Below are positions 1 to 6,925 of a stretch of 32,000 nt of DNA, one piece after another. How positions within the stretch are numbered: position 1 is the stretch's first letter; the number at the start of each line of letters is the position of its first letter. The translations under genes and the position numbers were made by a program. The notes beneath the pieces are model-generated. The model ran no database searches. It was not told where the DNA came from and saw only the letters and a program-made list of their open reading frames with translations. Source of the stretch: Moritella sp. JT01 (GTDB lineage Bacteria; Pseudomonadota; Gammaproteobacteria; Enterobacterales; Moritellaceae); assembly GCF_001574435.1 (NCBI RefSeq), contig NZ_LOCN01000001.1:297801-329800 (forward strand), written 5' to 3'.

Positions 1-73
1 GTAGTTAATTTATAGCCAAATAAGTTAAAAACAAGCCTTTCTGTTTAAAAATGTGATTAAATTTCAAAAACAC

Positions 74-101
74 TTTATCTTTAGATAAAACGCTGTATTA
101 T
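74..101 (+). promoter_or_regulatory. putative sigma70 promoter of tRNA-Ser copy 1 (TTTATC - 16 - TATTAT)
   Basis: -10 TATTAT at 96-101, -35-like TTTATC at 74-79, just upstream of tRNA start at 117. Confidence 0.5.
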
Positions 102-116
102 ACGCTCCATTGCTGC

Positions 117-207
117 GGAGGGGTGGCAGAGTGGCCGAATGCACTGGTCTTGAAAACCAGCAGGGGTTAATAGCTCCTCGAGAGTTCAAATCTCTCCTCC
201 TCCGCCA
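117..207 (+). tRNA. tRNA-Ser (anticodon TGA), encoded CCA
   Basis: 91 nt; acceptor GGAGGGG pairs with 3' strand before GCCA; anticodon loop CTTGAAA; long variable arm; GTTCAAATC T-loop. Confidence 0.97.
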
Positions 208-220
208 TCTATATAGAGAA

Positions 221-252
221 AGGCGCTATCTGAAAAGGTAGCGCCTTTTTTG
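221..252 (+). terminator. intrinsic terminator after tRNA-Ser copy 1
   Basis: AGGCGCTA-TCTGAAAAGG-TAGCGCCT followed by T-run. Confidence 0.85.
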
Positions 253-475
253 CATTTTAGCATCCCTCATCTATCTAATTTTGACAGTGAATATTCTCAC
301 GATTTTGGTTTAGCCGAACTTCTTGCTTTACTCGCATATTGTGTCGTTTCGTTAACATAACGTTTATTTATCTTTATCCATATCAATTCGCACACTCTAT
401 TTGTTGGATTACAGTGCGAAGCGAGTGAAAAGTAAACGGTCAGGTCGTTGGACGTGTTTTTTTAGCTTCTAGATA

Positions 476-504
476 TTTACAACGCTCAATCATATCTCTA
501 CTAT
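476..504 (+). promoter_or_regulatory. sigma70 promoter of tRNA-Ser copy 2 (TTTACA - 17 - TACTAT)
   Basis: -35 TTTACA 476-481, 17-nt spacer, -10 TACTAT 499-504, tRNA begins at 519. Confidence 0.7.
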
Positions 505-518
505 ACGTTCATTGCTGC

Positions 519-609
519 GGAGGGGTGGCAGAGTGGCCGAATGCACTGGTCTTGAAAACCAGCAGGGGTTAATAGCTCCTCGAGAGTTCAAATCTCTCCT
601 CCTCCGCCA
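519..609 (+). tRNA. tRNA-Ser (anticodon TGA)
   Basis: identical in sequence to the copy at 117-207. Confidence 0.97.
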
Positions 610-622
610 TCTATATAGAGAA

Positions 623-654
623 AGGCGCTATCTGAAAAGGTAGCGCCTTTTTTG
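623..654 (+). terminator. intrinsic terminator after tRNA-Ser copy 2
   Basis: same GGCGCTA/TAGCGCC hairpin and T-run as copy 1. Confidence 0.85.
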
Positions 655-849
655 CATCTTAAGCCTTATTCTTCTTTCATCACGCCACTGCTTCTTTGCC
701 ATTATTCTTCAGTGTAGTTTATTCCCACCGTTATTCTCGGATAAACATATCGAATCTGATATTTTTTAAACACTTGCTTTACGCTGTCGCTAGGAAGTTG
801 ATCAAGTTGGTTTTATTTTGTGCGAAGTTTGAAGGTTTGGTCTTTTTAC

Positions 850-878
850 TTTACAACTGGACGCTGTATCTCTATTAT
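850..878 (+). promoter_or_regulatory. sigma70 promoter of tRNA-Ser copy 3 (TTTACA - 17 - TATTAT)
   Basis: -35 TTTACA 850-855, 17-nt spacer, -10 TATTAT 873-878, tRNA begins at 894. Confidence 0.7.
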
Positions 879-893
879 ACGCTCCATTGCTGC

Positions 894-984
894 GGAGGGG
901 TGGCAGAGTGGCCGAATGCACTGGTCTTGAAAACCAGCAGGGGTTAATAGCTCCTCGAGAGTTCAAATCTCTCCTCCTCCGCCA
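894..984 (+). tRNA. tRNA-Ser (anticodon TGA)
   Basis: identical in sequence to the copies at 117 and 519. Confidence 0.97.
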
Positions 985-995
985 TCTATATAGAG

Positions 996-1030
996 AAGCC
1001 GGTACTTATTTATTTGAGTACCGGCTTTTT
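996..1030. terminator. terminator between tRNA-Ser copy 3 and the convergent minus-strand gene
   Basis: AAGCCGGTACT...AGTACCGGCTT hairpin followed by T-run. Confidence 0.85.
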
Positions 1031-1059
1031 GCTATTTGGTATTATTTAATCTCTCTAAT

Positions 1060-1221
1060 TTATTCAGTTTCTTCAAGCTGTGCGGCACGTTGTGCATTCC
1101 ATCGTTTTCGTTGTTCGTAGTAATAATCCCAAACACAAGGGCAGCAAGCGCCACCACCACAACAATCATCATCTGCGGGTGGGTAGGGTTTTTCTATTAA
1201 CTGTGGTTGCGGTTTTTCCAT
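1060..1221 (-). CDS. small Cys-rich protein, resembles oxidoreductase-like domain family (PF09791-type CCG.GC..CVW motif)
   Basis: MEKPQPQLIEKPYPPADDDCCGGGACCPCVWDYYYEQRKRWNAQRAAQLEETE; AAGGA Shine-Dalgarno upstream of ATG at 1221; the track start at 1275 is probably too far upstream. Confidence 0.6.
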   Translation of the reverse strand: MEKPQPQLIEKPYPPADDDCCGGGACCPCVWDYYYEQRKRWNAQRAAQLEETE

Positions 1222-1272
1222 TGATTTATCCTTTTCGCTAGCGATAGACAAAATGTAACATATTTTCAATGG

Positions 1273-1289
1273 CACTGATCAAATCAGTG
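1273..1289. repeat. short perfect inverted repeat CACTGAT-caa-ATCAGTG
   Basis: read directly; lies upstream of the minus-strand small gene. Confidence 0.7.
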
Positions 1290-1325
1290 GTGGTTAATTA
1301 ATAAGCTGTATTATCAATAATAAAA

Positions 1326-1367
1326 ATGTATAAGGCCTTTATATAGATATATAAAGGCCTTATACAT
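1326..1367. repeat. 42-bp palindrome with perfect 20-bp arms
   Basis: ATGTATAAGGCCTTTATATA-GA-TATATAAAGGCCTTATACAT; lies in the divergent intergenic region before uvrY. Confidence 0.95.
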
Positions 1368-1595
1368 AGCTTGATATTTCATGTTTTTTTAGTAACTATG
1401 TTTATTTTGCTAACTGAACCGCATTTTAGCTTTAAAGTAATATAGTTATTAAATTATTGATATATAATGCCATATTATTATTTTGTATAAATATATTAGC
1501 TTCTATGGTTAACTTAAGCGTAAAAATAACAACCTATTTTTGGCCATCTAATGTATTATGTTCTTTAGAAATTATGTGTATGCGGAGATATTCTT

Positions 1596-2240
1596 TTGAT
1601 TAATGTATTCCTTGTCGATGATCACGAATTAGTCCGTACCGGGATTCGCCGAATTCTTGAAGATGTACGTGGTATTAAAGTCGTGGGTGAAGTTTCATGC
1701 GGAGAGGATGCCGTTCAGTTTTGTCGAGAAAATCAACCTGATGTGATCTTGATGGATATGAACATGCCAGGTATTGGCGGATTAGAAGCTACTCGCAAAA
1801 TTTTACGGAACAATGCTGATATTAAAATTATCGTATTAACGATACACACGGAAGAACCATTCCCAAGCAAAGTAATGCAAGCTGGTGGTGCAGGCTATTT
1901 AACTAAAAGTGCAGCACCTGACGAAGTGTTAAGTGCAATTCGTAAAGTACATAGTGGTCAGCGTTATATTGCACCTGAAATTGCACAACAGATGGCATTA
2001 AGTCAATTTTCGTCTGCAGATGAAAACCCTTTCCAAAGTCTGTCAGAGCGTGAATTACAAATCATGATGATGATTACGAAAGGGCAACGAGTGGTCGATA
2101 TTGCCGAACAATTACACCTTAACTCTAAGACGGTTAATGCTTATCGCTATCGCCTATTCAGTAAGCTTAATATTAATGGTGACGTAGAACTGACTCACCT
2201 TGCGATCAGGCACGGTATCTTAGATGCAGATACACTATAA
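1596..2240 (+). CDS. uvrY: LuxR/FixJ-family response regulator UvrY (GacA/VarA/SirA-type)
   Basis: MINVFLVDDHELVRTGIRRILEDVRGIKVVGE... receiver plus LuxR HTH; followed by uvrC-pgsA as in many gammaproteobacteria; start codon is TTG. Confidence 0.93.
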   Translation: MINVFLVDDHELVRTGIRRILEDVRGIKVVGEVSCGEDAVQFCRENQPDVILMDMNMPGIGGLEATRKILRNNADIKIIVLTIHTEEPFPSKVMQAGGAGYLTKSAAPDEVLSAIRKVHSGQRYIAPEIAQQMALSQFSSADENPFQSLSERELQIMMMITKGQRVVDIAEQLHLNSKTVNAYRYRLFSKLNINGDVELTHLAIRHGILDADTL

Positions 2241-2273
2241 TCAAGCATGACCTTACTTAATTTAAATTGAGAA

Positions 2274-2298
2274 AGATGCCTTCGGGCGTCTTTTATTT
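2274..2298 (+). terminator. putative UUCG-tetraloop intrinsic terminator/attenuator between uvrY and uvrC
   Basis: AGATGCC-TTCG-GGCGTCT followed by TTTATTTTA. Confidence 0.65.
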
Positions 2299-2299
2299 T

Positions 2300-4153
2300 A
2301 TGCCTTCAAAAGAACAATTCAATCATCAAGATTTCTTGAAAACCGTTTCACACCAACCCGGTGTTTACCGTATGTATGACCATAAAGATGTGGTTATTTA
2401 TGTCGGTAAAGCGAAAGATCTACATAAACGCCTAACCAGTTATTTTAGAAAAACCGTCGATCGTGAAAAAACGCGTGTATTAGTCACCCATATTACGAGT
2501 ATTGATGTCACCGTTACGCATTCTGAAACCGAAGCGTTAGTGCTTGAGCATACTTATATTAAACGCTATCAGCCACGTTATAATGTTTCACTACGTGATG
2601 ATAAGTCTTACCCTTACATTTTGATAACCGATCATAAGCATCCGCAATTAACGTCTATTCGTAATAAAAATAAGCGTAAAGGCCAATATTTTGGTCCCTA
2701 TCCAAGTGGCAGTGCTGTACGAGAAAGTTTGCATTTAATGCAAAAGCTATTTCCTGTGCGTCAGTGTGAAGATAGCTATTATCAAAATCGTTCACGTCCG
2801 TGTTTACAATTCCAACTTAAGCGGTGCTTAGGCCCTTGTGTAAAAATGGACAATCCTGAGGAATATCAACAGCAAGTTGAACTGGCTGCACTATTTTTGA
2901 AGGGTAAAAATATTGACGTGATTAATGAATTAGTGATTAAGATGGAGAAAGCCAGTCAACAGTTAGCATTTGAAGAAGCGGCACGCTATCGCGATCAGAT
3001 ACAAGCATTAAGAACGATTCAAGAGCAGCAGTATGTAATATCTGATTTAGGTGAGATGGACGTTATCGGGTTTGCCTTTAAAAATGGTATCGCCTGTGTA
3101 CATTTGTTATTCGTACGCTCGGGTAAAGTGTTTGGTAGTCGTAGTTATTTTCCTAAAGTGCCTGCAAATACAGAAATGAGTGAAGTGATTCAGGCATTTT
3201 TATTACAGTATTACTTGAATAAAGAGACTGAACAGGCGATCCCTAAGGAAATATTGTTAACGGAACTTGCTGAAGATAATGACTTGATTGAATCAAGTTT
3301 AAGTCAACTTGCGGGTCGTAAAATAAAGCTAACTAGCCCTAAACGAGGGGACAGATCTAAGTTTTTAAGGTTGGCGCTTACTAACGCTGAAACGGCTTTA
3401 ACAACAAAGCTAGCAACGAAAAGCACGGTACTTAATCGTTTTAAAGAATTAGAAAAAGTATTAAAATTTGATGGTAAAATCCAACGTATGGAATGTTTTG
3501 ACATTAGTCATACCGGCGGTGAACAGACGGTTGCTTCATGCGTTGTATTTAATCGAGATGGGCCCAATAAAGCAGATTATCGACACTTTAATATCAGTGG
3601 GATCACGGGCGGGGATGATTATGCCGCGATGGCACAAGTATTGGAACGCCGCTTTAAGAAGGTTACTGAAGTCGACAAAATACCTGATATTCTATTCATC
3701 GATGGTGGTAAAGGGCAAATGACACAGGCGGAGCAAGTGCTAACTCAATACGCTGATAATTTTACTGTTAAACGGCCCAAAATCATTGGTATTGCTAAAG
3801 GCGTGACGCGTAAAGCAGGTTTAGAAACGTTAATCTTGTCGGGTGCGTTGGATAATGTACCTGATATAGAATTCTACTTACCCAGTGATTCAGCAGCGTT
3901 GCATCTTGTTCAACATATTCGTGATGAATCTCACCGTTTTGCGATTACTGGTCATCGCGCTCGTCGTAATAAAGTTAAACGTACCAGCCCTTTAGAAAAT
4001 ATTGCAGGTGTTGGACCGAAGCGCCGCCAAGCATTACTTAAATTTATGGGCGGATTACAGCAATTACGTCGTGCGAGTAGGGAAGAAATAGCAAAAATAC
4101 CAGGTATAAGTATTGATTTAGCAGAAAAAATTTATGATTCATTGCATCAATAA
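2300..4153 (+). CDS. uvrC: excinuclease ABC subunit UvrC
   Basis: [40 protein letters not shown] domain, UvrBC and HhH regions. Track ORF starts at TTG 2267; homology to E. coli UvrC favours ATG at 2300 (ATG at 2276 is possible). Confidence 0.95.
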   Translation: MPSKEQFNHQDFLKTVSHQPGVYRMYDHKDVVIYVGKAKDLHKRLTSYFRKTVDREKTRVLVTHITSIDVTVTHSETEALVLEHTYIKRYQPRYNVSLRDDKSYPYILITDHKHPQLTSIRNKNKRKGQYFGPYPSGSAVRESLHLMQKLFPVRQCEDSYYQNRSRPCLQFQLKRCLGPCVKMDNPEEYQQQVELAALFLKGKNIDVINELVIKMEKASQQLAFEEAARYRDQIQALRTIQEQQYVISDLGEMDVIGFAFKNGIACVHLLFVRSGKVFGSRSYFPKVPANTEMSEVIQAFLLQYYLNKETEQAIPKEILLTELAEDNDLIESSLSQLAGRKIKLTSPKRGDRSKFLRLALTNAETALTTKLATKSTVLNRFKELEKVLKFDGKIQRMECFDISHTGGEQTVASCVVFNRDGPNKADYRHFNISGITGGDDYAAMAQVLERRFKKVTEVDKIPDILFIDGGKGQMTQAEQVLTQYADNFTVKRPKIIGIAKGVTRKAGLETLILSGALDNVPDIEFYLPSDSAALHLVQHIRDESHRFAITGHRARRNKVKRTSPLENIAGVGPKRRQALLKFMGGLQQLRRASREEIAKIPGISIDLAEKIYDSLHQ

Positions 4154-4202
4154 GCAAGATATAGGACTATAGGGATGTTTCAATTTCAAAAGCATGAGAA
4201 TA

Positions 4203-4781
4203 ATGAAAAACATACCAAATATTTTAACTTTGTTTCGCGTGATTTTAATTCCTTTTTTTGTTCTCGCGTTTTATTTACCAATTGAAAATTCGTTTTATAT
4301 TGCTGCATGGATCTTTTTTGTTGCAGGTGCAACTGACTACCTTGATGGTTATTTAGCTCGACGTTGGGATGTATCAAGTAAACTGGGTGCTTTCCTTGAT
4401 CCTGTCGCAGATAAAATAATGGTTATCACTGCATTAGTGATGGTTGCGGGTGATCACGACCGTATCGCAGCGACTGTCGGCGAACACAGTGCATTGTGGA
4501 TCATGATCCCAACACTCATCATGATTGGCCGAGAGTTGGCTATTTCAGGCTTACGAGAATGGATGGCGGACTTGGGCAAACGTGCTAATGTTGCTGTCGG
4601 TAATGCGGGTAAATGGAAAACAAGCCTTCAAATGATGGCGTTAGGCGGTTTCGTTTGGCAACAAGGCCCTTGGATGGTTTACCTTGCTTATATCGTGTTT
4701 TATGCCGCGATGGTGTTAACGATTATTTCTATGGTGCAGTACTTTTCTGCGGCGTGGGGCGAGTTAATGAGTGATGATTAA
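4203..4781 (+). CDS. pgsA: CDP-diacylglycerol--glycerol-3-phosphate 3-phosphatidyltransferase
   Basis: NIPNILTLFRVILIPFFVL...DYLDGYLARRWDVSSKLGAFLDPVADK CDP-alcohol phosphatidyltransferase motif; ATG 4194 is an alternative start. Confidence 0.95.
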   Translation: MKNIPNILTLFRVILIPFFVLAFYLPIENSFYIAAWIFFVAGATDYLDGYLARRWDVSSKLGAFLDPVADKIMVITALVMVAGDHDRIAATVGEHSALWIMIPTLIMIGRELAISGLREWMADLGKRANVAVGNAGKWKTSLQMMALGGFVWQQGPWMVYLAYIVFYAAMVLTIISMVQYFSAAWGELMSDD

Positions 4782-4889
4782 AGTATAATTTCTATCGGCG
4801 ATATCGGTTGTTTTGGAGTATCGCGCCATTTCGGTGGTATTACCCCCTTTTTAGCTAAAAAACAGACCGGTTAGGTTGAAACGTAAGCG

Positions 4890-4910
4890 TTTTAATCAAT
4901 GCGATTAAAA
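4890..4910. repeat. perfect inverted repeat TTTTAATC-aatgc-GATTAAAA upstream of tRNA promoter
   Basis: read directly; ends 5 nt before the -35 at 4916. Confidence 0.8.
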
Positions 4911-4915
4911 GGGTG

Positions 4916-4943
4916 TTGACTCTGTCTTTTAGGTCTGTAGAAT
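4916..4943 (+). promoter_or_regulatory. sigma70 promoter of Leu/Cys tRNA array (TTGACT - 16 - TAGAAT)
   Basis: -35 at 4916-4921, -10 at 4938-4943. Confidence 0.75.
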
Positions 4944-5011
4944 GCGTCAGCACATAGGGGCTAAAGCAGTTTAATTAAAACAGCTTAGATGATATGTAAA
5001 AAGAATTCTGT

Positions 5012-5097
5012 GCCCGAGTGGTGAAATCGGTAGACACAAGGGATTTAAAATCCCTCGCTTAATAGGCGTGCCGGTTCAATTCCGGCCTCGGGCACCA
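5012..5097 (+). tRNA. tRNA-Leu (anticodon TAA)
   Basis: GCCCGAG...CTCGGGC ACCA; anticodon loop ATTTAAAAT; GGTTCAATTCC. Confidence 0.96.
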
Positions 5098-5148
5098 ATT
5101 TCTTTTTGTTAGATATAACGTTAAACATATACTTTAAATAAAATATTT

Positions 5149-5222
5149 GGCGGGTTGGCAGAGTGGCTATGCAGCGGATTGCAAATCCGTGGACCTCGAT
5201 TCGACTTCGGGACCCGCCTCCA
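5149..5222 (+). tRNA. tRNA-Cys (anticodon GCA)
   Basis: GGCGGGT...ACCCGCC TCCA; loop TTGCAAA. Confidence 0.96.
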
Positions 5223-5289
5223 TGATTTAAGCTTGAAAGAGCAAGTTTGTTGGTTCTGCACTGGAACGAATAAATTATAAAAATTCAGT

Positions 5290-5375
5290 GCCCGAGTGGT
5301 GAAATCGGTAGACACAAGGGATTTAAAATCCCTCGCTTAATAGGCGTGCCGGTTCAATTCCGGCCTCGGGCACCA
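5290..5375 (+). tRNA. tRNA-Leu (anticodon TAA)
   Basis: identical in sequence to the copy at 5012. Confidence 0.96.
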
Positions 5376-5463
5376 ATTAATACAAATACTAGAAATAGTA
5401 TATCTCGCTAAGATGTAAAATTAGCACCCTGTATTAGCAACGAAAGTTGTGATGGCAGGATAT

Positions 5464-5537
5464 GGCGGGTTGGCAGAGTGGCTATGCAGCGGATTGCAAA
5501 TCCGTGGACCTCGATTCGACTTCGGGACCCGCCTCCA
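5464..5537 (+). tRNA. tRNA-Cys (anticodon GCA)
   Basis: identical in sequence to the copy at 5149. Confidence 0.96.
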
Positions 5538-5604
5538 TGATTTAAGCTTGAAAGAGCAAGTTTATTGGTTCTGCACTGGAACCAATAAATTATAAAAATT
5601 CAGT

Positions 5605-5690
5605 GCCCGAGTGGTGAAATCGGTAGACACAAGGGATTTAAAATCCCTCGCTTAATAGGCGTGCCGGTTCAATTCCGGCCTCGGGCACCA
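5605..5690 (+). tRNA. tRNA-Leu (anticodon TAA)
   Basis: identical in sequence to the copy at 5012. Confidence 0.96.
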
Positions 5691-5700
5691 ACTTTTATAA

Positions 5701-5727
5701 AAAACCAGCTTATAGCTGGTTTTTTTA
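5701..5727 (+). terminator. terminator of Leu/Cys tRNA array
   Basis: AAACCAGCT-TAT-AGCTGGTTTTTTT. Confidence 0.85.
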
Positions 5728-6019
5728 TGCCTGAAATTTACCTATGCACTAAAACCAGCGATTTCCTTTGTTCGGAATTATCTGATTTAATCAAAGTCGG
5801 CTTGTTCGGATAACGTTTTGTATTGTAGTTTTTGGTGTTAGTCGATTCCACATTGAACTGTAAACAATTGTCGATTGTAAAATCGTTGTGATAATAAGCA
5901 TATTGAATTTATTTTCAACCATCTGATATATATATAAAGGTTTTCATTGACTCATATTTAGAATGCGGTAAAGTGAGCGCATATCCGGTTAGGCAGCTAG
6001 CTTAATTGTTTATCACTCA

Positions 6020-6105
6020 GCCCGAGTGGTGAAATCGGTAGACACAAGGGATTTAAAATCCCTCGCTTAATAGGCGTGCCGGTTCAATTCCGGCCTCGGG
6101 CACCA
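6020..6105 (+). tRNA. tRNA-Leu (anticodon TAA), solitary fourth copy
   Basis: same sequence as the other Leu copies; separated from the array by a terminator and about 330 bp. Confidence 0.96.
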
Positions 6106-6112
6106 AATTTAG

Positions 6113-6144
6113 AAAAAGGCTTACCATTAGGTAAGCCTTTTTTG
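6113..6144 (+). terminator. terminator after solitary tRNA-Leu
   Basis: AAGGCTTACC-ATTA-GGTAAGCCTTTTTTT. Confidence 0.85.
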
Positions 6145-6167
6145 CTTTCTGGCATTTAAAATAATTC

Positions 6168-6196
6168 TTGTTTCTTCTATTCCAAGTGCTTATGAT
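6168..6196 (+). promoter_or_regulatory. putative sigma70 promoter of the vemP-like/secDF operon (TTGTTT - 17 - TATGAT)
   Basis: -35 TTGTTT 6168-6173, 17-nt spacer, -10 TATGAT 6191-6196; about 25-nt leader before ATG 6229. Confidence 0.55.
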
Positions 6197-6219
6197 ACGT
6201 AATTATACTTTATGATTAT

Positions 6220-6702
6220 TTGTCTTCTATGCTACTTCGATTGATGCGCTATTTTACTCTGTTATTTGTTATGGTTATGGGCTTTAATGCTCAGGCTGAC
6301 ACATACACAGAATTAGCGATACCATCAACACCGTTATTAGCGCCAGCCTCTTTACTTGTAAATGCGAATGAAGCGGGTACTGCTTACCAAGATGTCGGTG
6401 AATCAGAACAACCCCCTGTCTCATCGCCAACTCATGCTTATGAATTTGCTTTAACGGAAACCTCCCGTTATACCAGTGCTGGTCGTTTACGGTTAAATAA
6501 TCCCGAACCGGACTATCAGATAGAGATTGAATTATCGATTCCACCATCAGCGTCGTTGGTGATCGGCTATGCGGTAAATATTAATTTCGAGCAATACTGG
6601 TTAACCGGCACATCTTTTTCTAAGTCGCGAATATCGGGCTGGAAAGACAGTAATTTATTATATTCTCACCGCCAATACCCCGCTGTTATTACCTCTGTTT
6701 AG
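6220..6702 (+). CDS. small secreted VemP-like export-monitoring / translational arrest peptide (putative)
   Basis: N-terminal signal peptide (LLRLMRYFTLLFVMVMGFNAQA|D), C-terminal RISGWKDSNLLYSHRQYPAVITSV, directly upstream of secD. Track start is TTG 6220; ATG 6229 is a likely alternative. Confidence 0.72.
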   Translation: MSSMLLRLMRYFTLLFVMVMGFNAQADTYTELAIPSTPLLAPASLLVNANEAGTAYQDVGESEQPPVSSPTHAYEFALTETSRYTSAGRLRLNNPEPDYQIEIELSIPPSASLVIGYAVNINFEQYWLTGTSFSKSRISGWKDSNLLYSHRQYPAVITSV

Positions 6703-6853
6703 ACAAAAATGTAAGTATTAACCATACTGCTTTTTTGTTGTATTTATCTGCTTAACTATCCTAGTTTCACTAGACATAATTACTAGAAATAGTACTGAAC
6801 ATAACGCGTTCATAACGCTCTTGTCAGGCTCTATAAGCAAGTTAATCACCAAT

Positions 6854-6923
6854 ATGCCTGCGTTTTATGTAAGAACGTTATATATCTATTTTCTATATAT
6901 ACCTTTTATATAGAAACGGGCAT
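6854..6923 (+). promoter_or_regulatory. structured secD leader: hairpin TTTCTATATA/TATATAGAAA (6890-6916) with outer ATGCCTG/CGGGCAT pairing masking the secD RBS region
   Basis: complementarity read directly; ends 3 nt before ATG 6926. Confidence 0.5.
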
Positions 6924-6925
6924 TG

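Noticed and set aside
696-1120. Track ORFs 696-947 and 887-1120 on plus strand
   Set aside because: Both run through the tRNA-Ser at 894-984 and its terminator; no RBS and no recognisable protein.
4186-4377. 63-aa minus-strand ORF over the 5' end of pgsA
   Set aside because: Antisense to clearly conserved pgsA; no supporting motif.
5121-5315. Minus-strand 64-aa ORF
   Set aside because: Antisense to tRNA-Cys and part of tRNA-Leu; spurious.
117-6105. tRNA clusters as mobile-element integration sites
   Set aside because: No integrase, transposase, attachment-site duplication or cargo genes are seen; all flanking genes are core.
6284-6547. 87-aa minus-strand ORF opposite the VemP-like gene
   Set aside because: The plus-strand ORF has a signal peptide, promoter and conserved C-terminal motif; the antisense ORF has none.
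6670-6687. RAPP-like arrest motif (as in ApdA/ApdP-type arrest peptides) in SHRQYPAV
   Set aside because: Only a loose R..PA resemblance; the RISGWK core fits VemP much better, so no RAPP-type assignment is made.
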